From Parcubacteria bacterium C7867-008 (GTDB lineage Bacteria; Patescibacteriota; Minisyncoccia; Phycocordibacterales; Phycocordibacteraceae): a stretch of 64,000 bases of DNA. Of this stretch, positions 56,021 through 64,000 are shown in pieces (the stretch's first letter is position 1; every line of letters begins with the position of its first letter). The DNA lies in NCBI GenBank assembly GCA_001189215.1, contig LFCR01000006.1, positions 67,550 through 131,549 on the forward strand, in the 5' to 3' direction. The translations under genes and the position numbers were made by a program. Below the pieces are notes generated by a model, which made no database searches, was not told the DNA's origin, and saw nothing but the letters and a program-made list of their open reading frames with translations.

Positions 56021-56587
56021 TTACCCCCTAATGAGCTCAGCGAGAAGTGCAGGATAGAGAGCTCGTTCTCCCTCTTTGATTCTTCCATGCAGACTTTCTC
56101 GAGTATCTCCCGGAAGAACTTTCACAGACTCCTGAGTCATGATGGGGCCTGCGTCGAGATCGGCCGTTGCCCAGTGGATCGTGAACCCAGAGACTTTCAC
56201 ACCGTAGTCGAGCGCATCCTGTACCGCATTGTCACCGGTAAACGATGGCAGTAGCGAAGGATGTGTATTCAGAATCCTCATCCTAAACGCATCTGGTTCG
56301 AACATGCAGGGCGAGAACACGGTCATGAATCCGGCCATGGCGACCAGATCAATCCGATGTTCTTTAAGAATTGCGATAGTGCGCCTGGTGTACGCTTCAC
56401 GACCAGTGACGTCCTTCTTCCTGAATGTCCGATCTTGATGTACACACGAAAGGTTAGCCCGTCTCGCGATATCGAACGCGCGACAGGAACGATCAACTAG
56501 TACGAGCTCTATTGGAAGAGACTGTTCGATCATTGCCTCCAAGAGCGAGCCTGTGCCAGAGGCTAAGACAGCAAGACGCAAAGTCAT
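56021..56587 (-). CDS. purN: phosphoribosylglycinamide formyltransferase
   Basis: LAVLASGTGSLLEAMIE N-terminus, HPSLLPSF and D(x)GPI active-site region. Confidence 0.8.
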   Translation of the reverse strand: MTLRLAVLASGTGSLLEAMIEQSLPIELVLVDRSCRAFDIARRANLSCVHQDRTFRKKDVTGREAYTRRTIAILKEHRIDLVAMAGFMTVFSPCMFEPDAFRMRILNTHPSLLPSFTGDNAVQDALDYGVKVSGFTIHWATADLDAGPIMTQESVKVLPGDTRESLHGRIKEGERALYPALLAELIRG

Positions 56588-56676
56588 TCTCGTGCTCCAT
56601 GTTGAGATTTCCTGTCTGAACGTACCATGCCCAGGGAAAACATTCGAGTTTCCTTAAAATAGGCTATAGTGCACCT

Positions 56677-57312
56677 ATGATAAAAGCAGTCATATTTGAT
56701 TCAGACGGCATGCTCTCACATGGCCCCCGATTTAGTGACACCTACGCTAAAGAGAGAAACATCCCGATTGAGGATATGATCCCTTTCTTTAAAGGACCTT
56801 TTAACGACTGCATTGTTGGAAAGACAGACCTTAAAGAAGAACTTGAGAACGGAGGATGGCTACAGAAATGGGGGTGGATTGATTCTGTAGAGGAGTTTCT
56901 AGAGTATTGGTTTTCTGTTGGTGATCAGTTAGATGCGAATGTATTTGCAACTGTCACTGAACTACGCGAGAAAGGAACCATTGTGGTACTTGCAACAAAT
57001 CAAGAGAAATATCGCACGGCATATCTATCTGAGAAGTTTGGATATGAGAATGCGTTCGATAAGATCTTCTCCTCTGCACGCACTGGCCATAAGAAACCAA
57101 ATGCTGATTTCTTTCAAAAGATTCTCGAATATCTACAAGAACAAGATCCTTCAATCACCAAAGAGAATGTACTCTTCTGGGATGATGATATGGAGAACGT
57201 TGATGGCGCACATGCATTTGGCATTAAGTCTGAACAGTTCACGAACGAACAGAGCTATAGAGAGAAAATGGCTGAGTATAGCTTACTTAGAAGCTCCATT
57301 TCAGCGCTCTAA
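56677..57312 (+). CDS. HAD-superfamily hydrolase
   Basis: Motif I FDSDGML, motif III K, motif IV WDDDMENV. Confidence 0.6.
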   Translation: MIKAVIFDSDGMLSHGPRFSDTYAKERNIPIEDMIPFFKGPFNDCIVGKTDLKEELENGGWLQKWGWIDSVEEFLEYWFSVGDQLDANVFATVTELREKGTIVVLATNQEKYRTAYLSEKFGYENAFDKIFSSARTGHKKPNADFFQKILEYLQEQDPSITKENVLFWDDDMENVDGAHAFGIKSEQFTNEQSYREKMAEYSLLRSSISAL

Positions 57313-57913
57313 GTGCAGGTTTCTTAATAAGGTATATAACTGCGAGTCCGCTAAGTACTCCAACGACACATCCCGCAACCATATCTGAAGGATAGTGTAC
57401 TCCTGCGGCAATACGCGCAATGCAAACCAGTACGGTGCATACATAAAATGCGATACCTAGTTTGCGGTTATAGAAGAACACTATCGTTGAGAATCCAAAT
57501 AAGAATGACGCGTGACCGGAAGGGAAGGAAGGTGCATCTATGGTAAGGAGATGGCTAATATCCATCGCAGCGAGAGGACGCAGTCGAGGAAAGAAGAATC
57601 GTATGGGGCTTGTTACCAGGAATCGAGCAATGCTTCCCGCTACAAACGCGAACACAACACCCATAACCTTTGATCTGTGTGAGAGGTCTTTACGGTATGC
57701 CAGATAGAGTACAAACCAACCAACCAGTATGAATGGGAGATACGTAGCGAAAAACACAATCACTATATCCAATATAGGACCCTGGCCGGCAAATGAATTT
57801 AGAACCGAGAAAAGATAGAGATCCAAGGACATGTACCCCAGCGTACTACACATTCTGCAGGACTCAGCCTCAAACGGTATACTGACCGTATGAAGATCAC
57901 CAAATTCCCGCAT
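57287..57913 (-). CDS. PAP2 (acid phosphatase/undecaprenyl-PP phosphatase type 2) family membrane protein
   Basis: PSGHASFLFG and RIAAGVHYPSD PAP2 motifs. Confidence 0.65.
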   Translation of the reverse strand: MREFGDLHTVSIPFEAESCRMCSTLGYMSLDLYLFSVLNSFAGQGPILDIVIVFFATYLPFILVGWFVLYLAYRKDLSHRSKVMGVVFAFVAGSIARFLVTSPIRFFFPRLRPLAAMDISHLLTIDAPSFPSGHASFLFGFSTIVFFYNRKLGIAFYVCTVLVCIARIAAGVHYPSDMVAGCVVGVLSGLAVIYLIKKPALRALKWSF

Positions 57914-58537
57914 TCCTGTCTGCTTATCGAAACCAAGGCCAGACGCATCCTCATTGATCCTGGTTCCTGGAATACCGCATTACCAGAGCTTACCGATCTC
58001 AATGCCATCCTCATCACGCATGAGCATCAGGACCATTTTGACCTCGGGGTTATGAAGCCTATCCTTGCAAAGAATCCTGGGGTGCAAATCATCACACACA
58101 GCGCGGTGGGGCAAAAATTAGATGAAGCTGAAATTGCGTATACACTTATCGAACCAGGGCAGACTATAGATATATCAGGTGTTTCTATTGAAAGCTGTGG
58201 CACTGAGCACGCTATTATCTATGGCAGCACGTCACCATGTCGTAACACAGGATATCTGATTGATGAGAAGTTATTCGTTCCTGGAGATGCTGTGCATGAC
58301 ATGCCAGCAAAACAAGTAGAGATACTCGCTCTCCCTACAGGAGGTCCTTGGTACAAGACCTCAGAAAGTATTGATTATGCTAAAGCAGTAAAGCCGAACG
58401 TGGTGTTCCCGATCCACGACGCTATGTATACCAATGAGTACAAAAAGAGTAGTGTGCCGAGGTGGTTCGTTGCACAACTGGAACCTGCGGGTATTCGCTT
58501 TGAAAACCTACAAGACGGAATGTCACAGGAGTTCTAG
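57890..58537 (+). CDS. MBL-fold metallo-hydrolase
   Basis: THEHQDHFD (HxHxDH) motif. Confidence 0.65.
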   Translation: MKITKFPHSCLLIETKARRILIDPGSWNTALPELTDLNAILITHEHQDHFDLGVMKPILAKNPGVQIITHSAVGQKLDEAEIAYTLIEPGQTIDISGVSIESCGTEHAIIYGSTSPCRNTGYLIDEKLFVPGDAVHDMPAKQVEILALPTGGPWYKTSESIDYAKAVKPNVVFPIHDAMYTNEYKKSSVPRWFVAQLEPAGIRFENLQDGMSQEF

Positions 58538-58540
58538 ATA

Positions 58541-58580
58541 TAACAAAACACCCCGCATAGACGGGGTGTTTTGTTATACG
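58541..58580. terminator. bidirectional terminator
   Basis: aacaaaacaccccg-cataga-cggggtgttttgtt. Confidence 0.7.
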
Positions 58581-58783
58581 TCTGCTGGCTTACGAACACT
58601 TGTTGCGTATGGTCCTTTCAGACTTTTGGTAACAAGGAAGGCAAGTCGGTCTCCGATGCGTAGATCAGTCATGGATACTCCCACAAGATCACTGGCATCA
58701 AAGAACAGTTCTTCGTCCGTACCCTCCTGCTTTATAAAGCCTGAGCCACGATCATTGAAGCTGGTTATGATTCCTACACGCAT
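58574..58783 (-). CDS. cold-shock protein (CspA family)
   Basis: GFGFI RNP1 motif, 69 aa. Confidence 0.85.
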   Translation of the reverse strand: MRVGIITSFNDRGSGFIKQEGTDEELFFDASDLVGVSMTDLRIGDRLAFLVTKSLKGPYATSVRKPADV

Positions 58784-58839
58784 GTGATGAGTGTTACCTG
58801 ATAAGAGAACAAAAAGCGCCCCAAAAGGGACGCTGATTG

Positions 58840-59067
58840 TTAGACCTTGCTAACGTTTACCGCGTTCATGCGGCTTGGGTCCTTCTGGCTCGGAGCGATC
58901 TCGAATTCGAGAGTGTCTCCTGGCTTAAGATCCTCAATGCTTACGTTGACGAGCTCCTTAGCGTGAAAGAATAGGTCATCCTGTCCTTCAATCTTGATGA
59001 AGCCGAAGCCTTTCTCGTTAATACCTGCGATGATTCCTGTTTGCATAAATATATATGGGCGATGCAC
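58840..59067 (-). CDS. cold-shock protein (CspA family), second tandem copy
   Basis: KGFGFI RNP1 motif, 75 aa. Confidence 0.85.
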   Translation of the reverse strand: MHRPYIFMQTGIIAGINEKGFGFIKIEGQDDLFFHAKELVNVSIEDLKPGDTLEFEIAPSQKDPSRMNAVNVSKV

Positions 59068-59204
59068 CTGATAACAATCAAGTGCCGATGGTTCAACATG
59101 ACGTTGTCCACCGCTACGATTGATACAACCAATCTACCATTTCATGTATAGATTGTCAATTTAGGGTCGTATTGGGGGACTTCTTTTGCTATAGTGTTCG
59201 CATT

Positions 59205-60089
59205 ATGACCTATCAGGTGCTGCTTTTCTATAAATACATCACCATCGAAGATCCGGCGCAGCTGGCAGCGTCCGTCCGTGCTCTTGCAGAGAAACATGCG
59301 CTATTAGGACGTGCACTTATAGCGGAAGAGGGTATTAATGCAACACTCGAAGGTGAGCTGGAGGCAACAGAGGCCTTTGCCTCAGAATTTCTGAACGATC
59401 CACGCTTTGCGGATATGCAAATAAAACGTAGTGAAGGAGATGGTGAAGCTTTTGGAAAGCTGGTAGTGAAAGTACGTGACCAAATCGTAGGTACACGATT
59501 TCCTAAAGAGAAAGTAGATCCACGAGTACAGACTGCACCTCGTATTCAGCCAGAAGAACTAAAGCGTTGGTTTGAGGAAGGGGAAGATTTCACTATTGTT
59601 GATATGCGTAACGATTATGAATATCGTTCCGGACACTTTAAGGGCTCTGTAAACCCTGGCCTTGAAAACTCGCGTGATCTTCCAGAAGCAATACCCGAAC
59701 TTATGCCTTTAAAGAATAAGAAAGTATTAACCGTCTGTACGGGAGGTGTCCGCTGCGAATCTATGAGTGCGTATCTTATGAGTGAGGGGTTCACGGATGT
59801 GTATCAGCTTGAGAATGGTATGCATGGATACATGGAGAAGTACCCTGGAGAGGATTTTCTTGGCACACTCTATACGTTTGATCGTCGTAAGGTGATGGAC
59901 TTTGGTGGAGATCGAGAAGTGATTGGTCGCTGTCATCGCTGTGAGGGAGCTACAGAAACCTACGCAAACTGCGCTAACGATCTGTGCCACCTACATTTCC
60001 TGGTGTGTGACACCTGTTCTCATGAAGAGGGGACCTTTTGTTCAGACGCGTGTGAAGCAACGAAGAGTACTGCGTTAATACAGGACTAG
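59205..60089 (+). CDS. trhO: rhodanese-domain protein with C-terminal Cys cluster (UPF0176/TrhO-like tRNA U34 hydroxylase)
   Basis: Rhodanese active-site Cys loop (CTGGVRCE) and C-terminal CHRCEG...C...C...CDTCSHEEGTFCSDAC. Confidence 0.6.
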   Translation: MTYQVLLFYKYITIEDPAQLAASVRALAEKHALLGRALIAEEGINATLEGELEATEAFASEFLNDPRFADMQIKRSEGDGEAFGKLVVKVRDQIVGTRFPKEKVDPRVQTAPRIQPEELKRWFEEGEDFTIVDMRNDYEYRSGHFKGSVNPGLENSRDLPEAIPELMPLKNKKVLTVCTGGVRCESMSAYLMSEGFTDVYQLENGMHGYMEKYPGEDFLGTLYTFDRRKVMDFGGDREVIGRCHRCEGATETYANCANDLCHLHFLVCDTCSHEEGTFCSDACEATKSTALIQD

Positions 60090-60851
60090 AAAGAAGAATG
60101 TGATTGCAAGAATGATTCGGTATACACCGAACGGTATAAAGGTGTATCGCTTAATAAAGGCCAGGAAGATACGAAGTACGATCAATGCCGTAATGAACGC
60201 CGTTGCCATACCTATTAGGAGGATTCCTATATCTGCATCTGCAAATAACTCGTAGTTCTTGAGAAGGTCATAGCTAGTAGCGGCACCCATAGTTGGTACC
60301 GCAAGAAGGAAGGAGAATTCTACGATCGCAGCACGACGGATACCAAGGAGAAGACCTCCCATAATGGTTGCGGCAGATCGTGATACGCCCGGGATCACCG
60401 CAATAGATTGGAAGAGTCCAATAAGGAATGCTTTCTTGTATGGAATAGTGGCAAACGTATCTGTCTCAACTTCTCGTGCCTCTTCCTTGTGGAGTAGTTC
60501 AAACAGAATAAGAAGGACACCTCCTACAAATAGCGCAATCACCACCGTAAGCTCGCTCTTAAGGAGCACTCCTTTAATAAGTGGATAGAGTGTAAAACCA
60601 ATGATAGCGGTAGGGAGGAACGCTACGAACAACCGTTTTAATACTGCAATGTTTAGAAATGAACGCCAGTACGTGAGAAGTACTGCTCCAATTGCACCAA
60701 ATTGAATCGCAATGATAAAGCTTGTAAGGAATGCAGACTCTGGAATGGCCAGAAGATCACTCGCAAGTATGAGATGTCCTGTTGAAGAAACAGGAAGGAA
60801 TTCAGCAGCACCCTCAAGGAGTCCCAGAACAATGGCATCAAGCGGAGTCAT
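60075..60851 (-). CDS. uppP: undecaprenyl-diphosphatase
   Basis: LEGAAEFLPVSSTGHLIL N-terminal signature and 8 TM helices. Confidence 0.8.
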   Translation of the reverse strand: MTPLDAIVLGLLEGAAEFLPVSSTGHLILASDLLAIPESAFLTSFIIAIQFGAIGAVLLTYWRSFLNIAVLKRLFVAFLPTAIIGFTLYPLIKGVLLKSELTVVIALFVGGVLLILFELLHKEEAREVETDTFATIPYKKAFLIGLFQSIAVIPGVSRSAATIMGGLLLGIRRAAIVEFSFLLAVPTMGAATSYDLLKNYELFADADIGILLIGMATAFITALIVLRIFLAFIKRYTFIPFGVYRIILAITFFFLVLY

Positions 60852-60872
60852 GCAGGTATTCTAAGATACACC

Positions 60873-61571
60873 TTAGTTGGCACAAGATGTAGCACCACTA
60901 GAGAGTGGCTTAGTAATAAGACCCGAATAATTCGTTGAATCAGCGCAGAGATATTTCTCTTCTGAAAACTTTATTTGTACAACATATGCCGTTGCGTTAC
61001 TGCGACAGATAGGAACTGAGCGGGTATCATTCGCTATTTTTGATAGAGCGTTTCGCACTGATGCATCGCCAAACATACCACCTGAATCACAGCTTGAAGA
61101 CATGCCGTAGGATCCTGATTGATCACGATAGGCTTCTGCGGATGCTTGGACTGTACGCAACTCAACCTGGGCCGTTGCAGCAGCTGCGGCATTTATAGGA
61201 GCAGTAATTGGATTCTTCCCTGCACTATTCTCATTAGAGGTTGATTGAGCAGGTAAAAACTTAGAACCAAGGAAAAATATACCGCCCATAACAGCAATAA
61301 CCACCAGTATCATAAAGTACCCCCAGTAGGAGTTTTTGACAGATTGTCTTTCACTCGTATGTATCTCTGGACGAGGTGTCTCAGAATTCTCCACTACCGG
61401 AGCAATACCACCCTCTACCGCAACCAATACTTCTGCAATCTGCGCTTCGTCCATGCCTTGCGCAGTAAGTGTTGCACGAATGGCTTCATCCGTCTGGCCC
61501 TGTGCTCGTGCATTTTTAATAAAATTGAATATTCCTAGATCAATCATGTGCTTATTAAAGCACATAACCAA
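60873..61571 (-). CDS. membrane-anchored hypothetical protein
   Basis: Central TM, Cys-containing C-terminal region. Confidence 0.35.
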   Translation of the reverse strand: MVMCFNKHMIDLGIFNFIKNARAQGQTDEAIRATLTAQGMDEAQIAEVLVAVEGGIAPVVENSETPRPEIHTSERQSVKNSYWGYFMILVVIAVMGGIFFLGSKFLPAQSTSNENSAGKNPITAPINAAAAATAQVELRTVQASAEAYRDQSGSYGMSSSCDSGGMFGDASVRNALSKIANDTRSVPICRSNATAYVVQIKFSEEKYLCADSTNYSGLITKPLSSGATSCAN

Positions 61572-61601
61572 AACTTCAGAATCTATTGATATAGTTTATG
61601 T

Positions 61602-61997
61602 ATGAAAGGATATATCGAAAACATCGAGAAATTGAGTCTAGAGAACGACTTGTTCCGGAAGGTACTCTATACATCAAAACATATACAGCTAGTGCTTATG
61701 AGTATTCCTGTTGGAGAAGAGATTGGTGCAGAAAAGCATGAGCTTGATCAATTCATCCGTATTGAAGAAGGAGAAGGGAAAGCGGTACTTGATGGAGTTG
61801 AACATGATCTTGAAGATGGCAGTGCGGTAGTCATTCCTGCAGGCACACTCCACAACGTCATCAATACCTCTACGGATGCAGCACTTAAACTCTATAGTCT
61901 TTACGGTCCGCCTGAACACAAGGATGGAACGATACATGCCACTAAGGAAGAAGCAGAAGCACATGAAGATCATTTCGATGGAGTCACCAGCGAGTAA
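61602..61997 (+). CDS. cupin-domain protein (paralogue of 48146..48553)
   Basis: Alignable to 48146..48553 across its length. Confidence 0.55.
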   Translation: MKGYIENIEKLSLENDLFRKVLYTSKHIQLVLMSIPVGEEIGAEKHELDQFIRIEEGEGKAVLDGVEHDLEDGSAVVIPAGTLHNVINTSTDAALKLYSLYGPPEHKDGTIHATKEEAEAHEDHFDGVTSE

Positions 61998-62250
61998 TCC
62001 ATACTTCGTATACATACTGGAGTGTGCAGACGGAACCCTCTATGTCGGAAGTACCAATGATCTTAAGAAGAGATTGAAAGCTCACAATGGTGAATTACCG
62101 GGGGGTGCACGATACACCAGTGGAAGAAGACCAGTCCAGGTACGGTATGCAGAAGAGTGCACTGGGCGTGGCGCAGCACTTACACGTGAACACGAACTTA
62201 AGAAGTTATCTCGTGCTAATAAATTGGATCTATTGTCTGTTAGGAAATAA
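61978..62250 (+). CDS. GIY-YIG nuclease family protein (UPF0213-like)
   Basis: YFVYILECADGTLYVGSTNDLKKRLKAHN matches the GIY...YIG core; overlaps the cupin gene by 20 nt. Confidence 0.65.
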   Translation: MESPASNPYFVYILECADGTLYVGSTNDLKKRLKAHNGELPGGARYTSGRRPVQVRYAEECTGRGAALTREHELKKLSRANKLDLLSVRK

Positions 62251-62307
62251 GAGAATATATTTAGGAAGTAATGGGCTTAGGCCTCACCCCTTCGGGGGAG
62301 AAAGAAA

Positions 62308-62658
62308 TTAGCTGCCAAAGATGTATTCTGAGGCAGCTTTTTTCGTTAACTCAAATTTATCTTGAGCTAACATACCGACTTTGTATATAAGTCTTTTGGA
62401 ACTAAGAGGACGTGTCTGTGAAAGTATGGCTGTACTATTTTCTTCGCCAATAATTCCAATCGGAAAATAAAAAGGGAATGGCTTTACCTTTTTGGTTAAC
62501 GGAATACCAATAAATAAATGTAGATTCCATTTCCTAATATTAAGTATTAGTCTCCAAAACCTGTCGCTTCTTCCATCTTGCTCGTATCCAATATTGCACC
62601 CCATATAGCAAAACAAAACTTCTCTTTCTTTGAAGAATGGAATAGATTCAGGCTCCAA
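62308..62658 (-). CDS. hypothetical protein (doubtful)
   Basis: ORF whose 3' end is encoded by the terminator hairpin of the opposite strand. Confidence 0.2.
   Translation of the reverse strand: MEPESIPFFKEREVLFCYMGCNIGYEQDGRSDRFWRLILNIRKWNLHLFIGIPLTKKVKPFPFYFPIGIIGEENSTAILSQTRPLSSKRLIYKVGMLAQDKFELTKKAASEYIFGS
62309..62345 (+). terminator. rho-independent terminator
   Basis: agctgcc-aaagatgtattctga-ggcagct followed by tttttt. Confidence 0.65.
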
Positions 62659-62843
62659 TGCGTCAATTCTTTTCTTTAACGGGTGCCAATTATCAAAATC
62701 TTTTCATATGACATCGTTCCTAAATCCTACTCCTGTAAGTAAATAGATGCTCATTTGCCTTCAGTTTTTCTTTATCTCCACCTTACGTTCCTCATATCAC
62801 GTAATTCGTATAGTACGTATGTTCCTACTAAATACTTTCACCT

Positions 62844-63578
62844 ATGGAACGAACCTACGTAATGACGAATAACGATCTGGTGCTTGATAGCAACGGCAAG
62901 CGGTATGAATTGCGTGTCCGTGATTTACCCCAGCAAGATAAACCACGAGAACGTCTCGCTGCAGAAGGTCCAGCGGCCCTGACTGTTCAAGAACTTCTCG
63001 CGATAGTCCTCACCACAGGAACAAGGAAGGAAGAAGTTCTCTCTATGGCATCTCGTATTGTGAACGAGTATGGAGACCGCAATGCATTGATGGCAACAGA
63101 TCCAAAAGCACTTGCTGCAGATCTTGATATACCGCTCATTAAAGCGATGCAGATTGTTGCAGCAGGAGAGCTTGGGCGGCGTTTCTTCCGAAAGCAGAAG
63201 AATGGTGCTGCCATAATCCGTACTGCACGGGATGTGTATGACTACACGGTAGAGATGCGAGCACTCCCGAAGGAACACCTACGCGGTCTGTACCTAGATT
63301 CCCACTATCAAGTGATACATGATGAGACACTCTCGATAGGAACCATTGATGCAAATCTTATTCATCCTCGGGAAGTGTTCCGTCCAGCGCTTGCGCATGC
63401 GGCCGCTGCCGTGGTGCTCGTACACAATCATCCGTCCGGCATTGTTACGCCAAGTCAGGCAGATTGTCTGGTAACCGAACAAATCGCAGCAGCTGGAAGA
63501 ATCTTAGGAATTGATCTTGTGGATCATGTCGTCATTACGGAGGATAGCTTTACTAGCATATCTACTGAATTCTCATGA
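62844..63578 (+). CDS. radC: RadC-family JAB/MPN domain protein
   Basis: HNHPSG metalloprotease-like motif and HhH-like N-terminal region. Confidence 0.75.
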   Translation: MERTYVMTNNDLVLDSNGKRYELRVRDLPQQDKPRERLAAEGPAALTVQELLAIVLTTGTRKEEVLSMASRIVNEYGDRNALMATDPKALAADLDIPLIKAMQIVAAGELGRRFFRKQKNGAAIIRTARDVYDYTVEMRALPKEHLRGLYLDSHYQVIHDETLSIGTIDANLIHPREVFRPALAHAAAAVVLVHNHPSGIVTPSQADCLVTEQIAAAGRILGIDLVDHVVITEDSFTSISTEFS

Positions 63579-63877
63579 CGATTCATCCACCAGTAACTTC
63601 TCAGTCTCGAACCTATCAATATAGCCCAAATTCACAAGCCTCTGTTACGGCGCTACATCCAAGTATTCAGTTCTTCGTCCGTGATCGTGCCACATGGGAA
63701 TCCTTCGATCGCACAGATCTAACCGCTTATCTCTTTGATGGTGCAGTAAAAGCTGCAGCACAGATAGAGCGCATCGCGTATATGGATCAGCCGTATACGA
63801 AACAAGATCAGGAAAATCTTGCATTTATGGTTGAATCCTTATTGCACGCACGTGGTATCGCAGACGAAATTAAGTGA
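63575..63877 (+). CDS. hypothetical protein
   Basis: ORF overlapping the radC stop by 4 nt. Confidence 0.4.
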   Translation: MTIHPPVTSQSRTYQYSPNSQASVTALHPSIQFFVRDRATWESFDRTDLTAYLFDGAVKAAAQIERIAYMDQPYTKQDQENLAFMVESLLHARGIADEIK

Positions 63878-63887
63878 TGGGGTGTTC

Positions 63888-63918
63888 AATGAAAACAACC
63901 TGTCTCGGACAGGCTGTT
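63888..63918. terminator. bidirectional terminator
   Basis: aacaacctgtc-tcg-gacaggctgtt followed by tttc. Confidence 0.6.
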
Positions 63919-64000
63919 TTTCATTCTTCCATCCGGTATCCACGTCCGGGAACGGTATAGATAAGCTTCTTCCATTCTGGTCTCTCAATCTTCTTTCGGA
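63913..64000 (-). CDS. 3' end of an OmpR-family response regulator (partial; continues beyond the window)
   Basis: Minus-strand translation ...RKKIERPEWKKLIYTVPGRGYRMEE* is the characteristic winged-helix C-terminus. Confidence 0.5.

Noticed and set aside
62308-62658. Minus-strand 116-aa ORF
   Set aside because: Retained only at low confidence. Its C-terminus is encoded by the + strand terminator hairpin and no RBS is evident.

Overview
This 64 kb window is a bacterial chromosomal segment with low-to-moderate GC and many small membrane or secreted proteins of unknown function (DUF2207, DUF805, DUF5684-like, DKNYY-like, DUF1761, TspO). This resembles a reduced-genome Gram-positive-like or Patescibacteria-like organism, but taxonomy cannot be fixed from sequence alone.

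A housekeeping core is recognisable: prfB, ftsE, ftsX, pyrG, purN, uppP, msrB, radC, two cold-shock genes, and tRNAs Met, Asp, Thr and Gln.

The findings that stand out are:
- A tRNA gene (12277..12539) interrupted by a 188-nt group I-like intron in its anticodon loop; the anticodon reads tentatively as GGU (Thr).
- A large serine recombinase whose stop abuts the 3' end of tRNA-Gln, followed by a block of uncharacterised genes. This is the signature of an integrative element.
- A csoR-copA-cupredoxin-dsbB-dsbA-czcD metal and disulfide module preceded by CsoR-type operator palindromes.
- A roughly 5.6 kb island (about 34.4..40.1 kb) that looks GC-richer than its flanks. Nine copies of a roughly 30-38 bp direct repeat lie in it, all on the + strand, falling into two related subfamilies. 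Four of the copies end in a TTGACT -35 box with a downstream -10. Each repeat is separated from the next by one short, unrelated gene, and most units end in a hairpin terminator. This cassette-array-like organisation is the best candidate for an undescribed system here.
- A fusion of a RAM domain, a full Lrp/AsnC regulator and an EgtD-like SAM methyltransferase.
- Duplicated TspO plus PNPOx-like gene pairs inside a redox cluster (ECF sigma/anti-sigma, rubredoxin, ApbE, ferric-reductase-like membrane protein, FNR-like reductase, MsrB).
- A possible HEPN/Abi-like protein.
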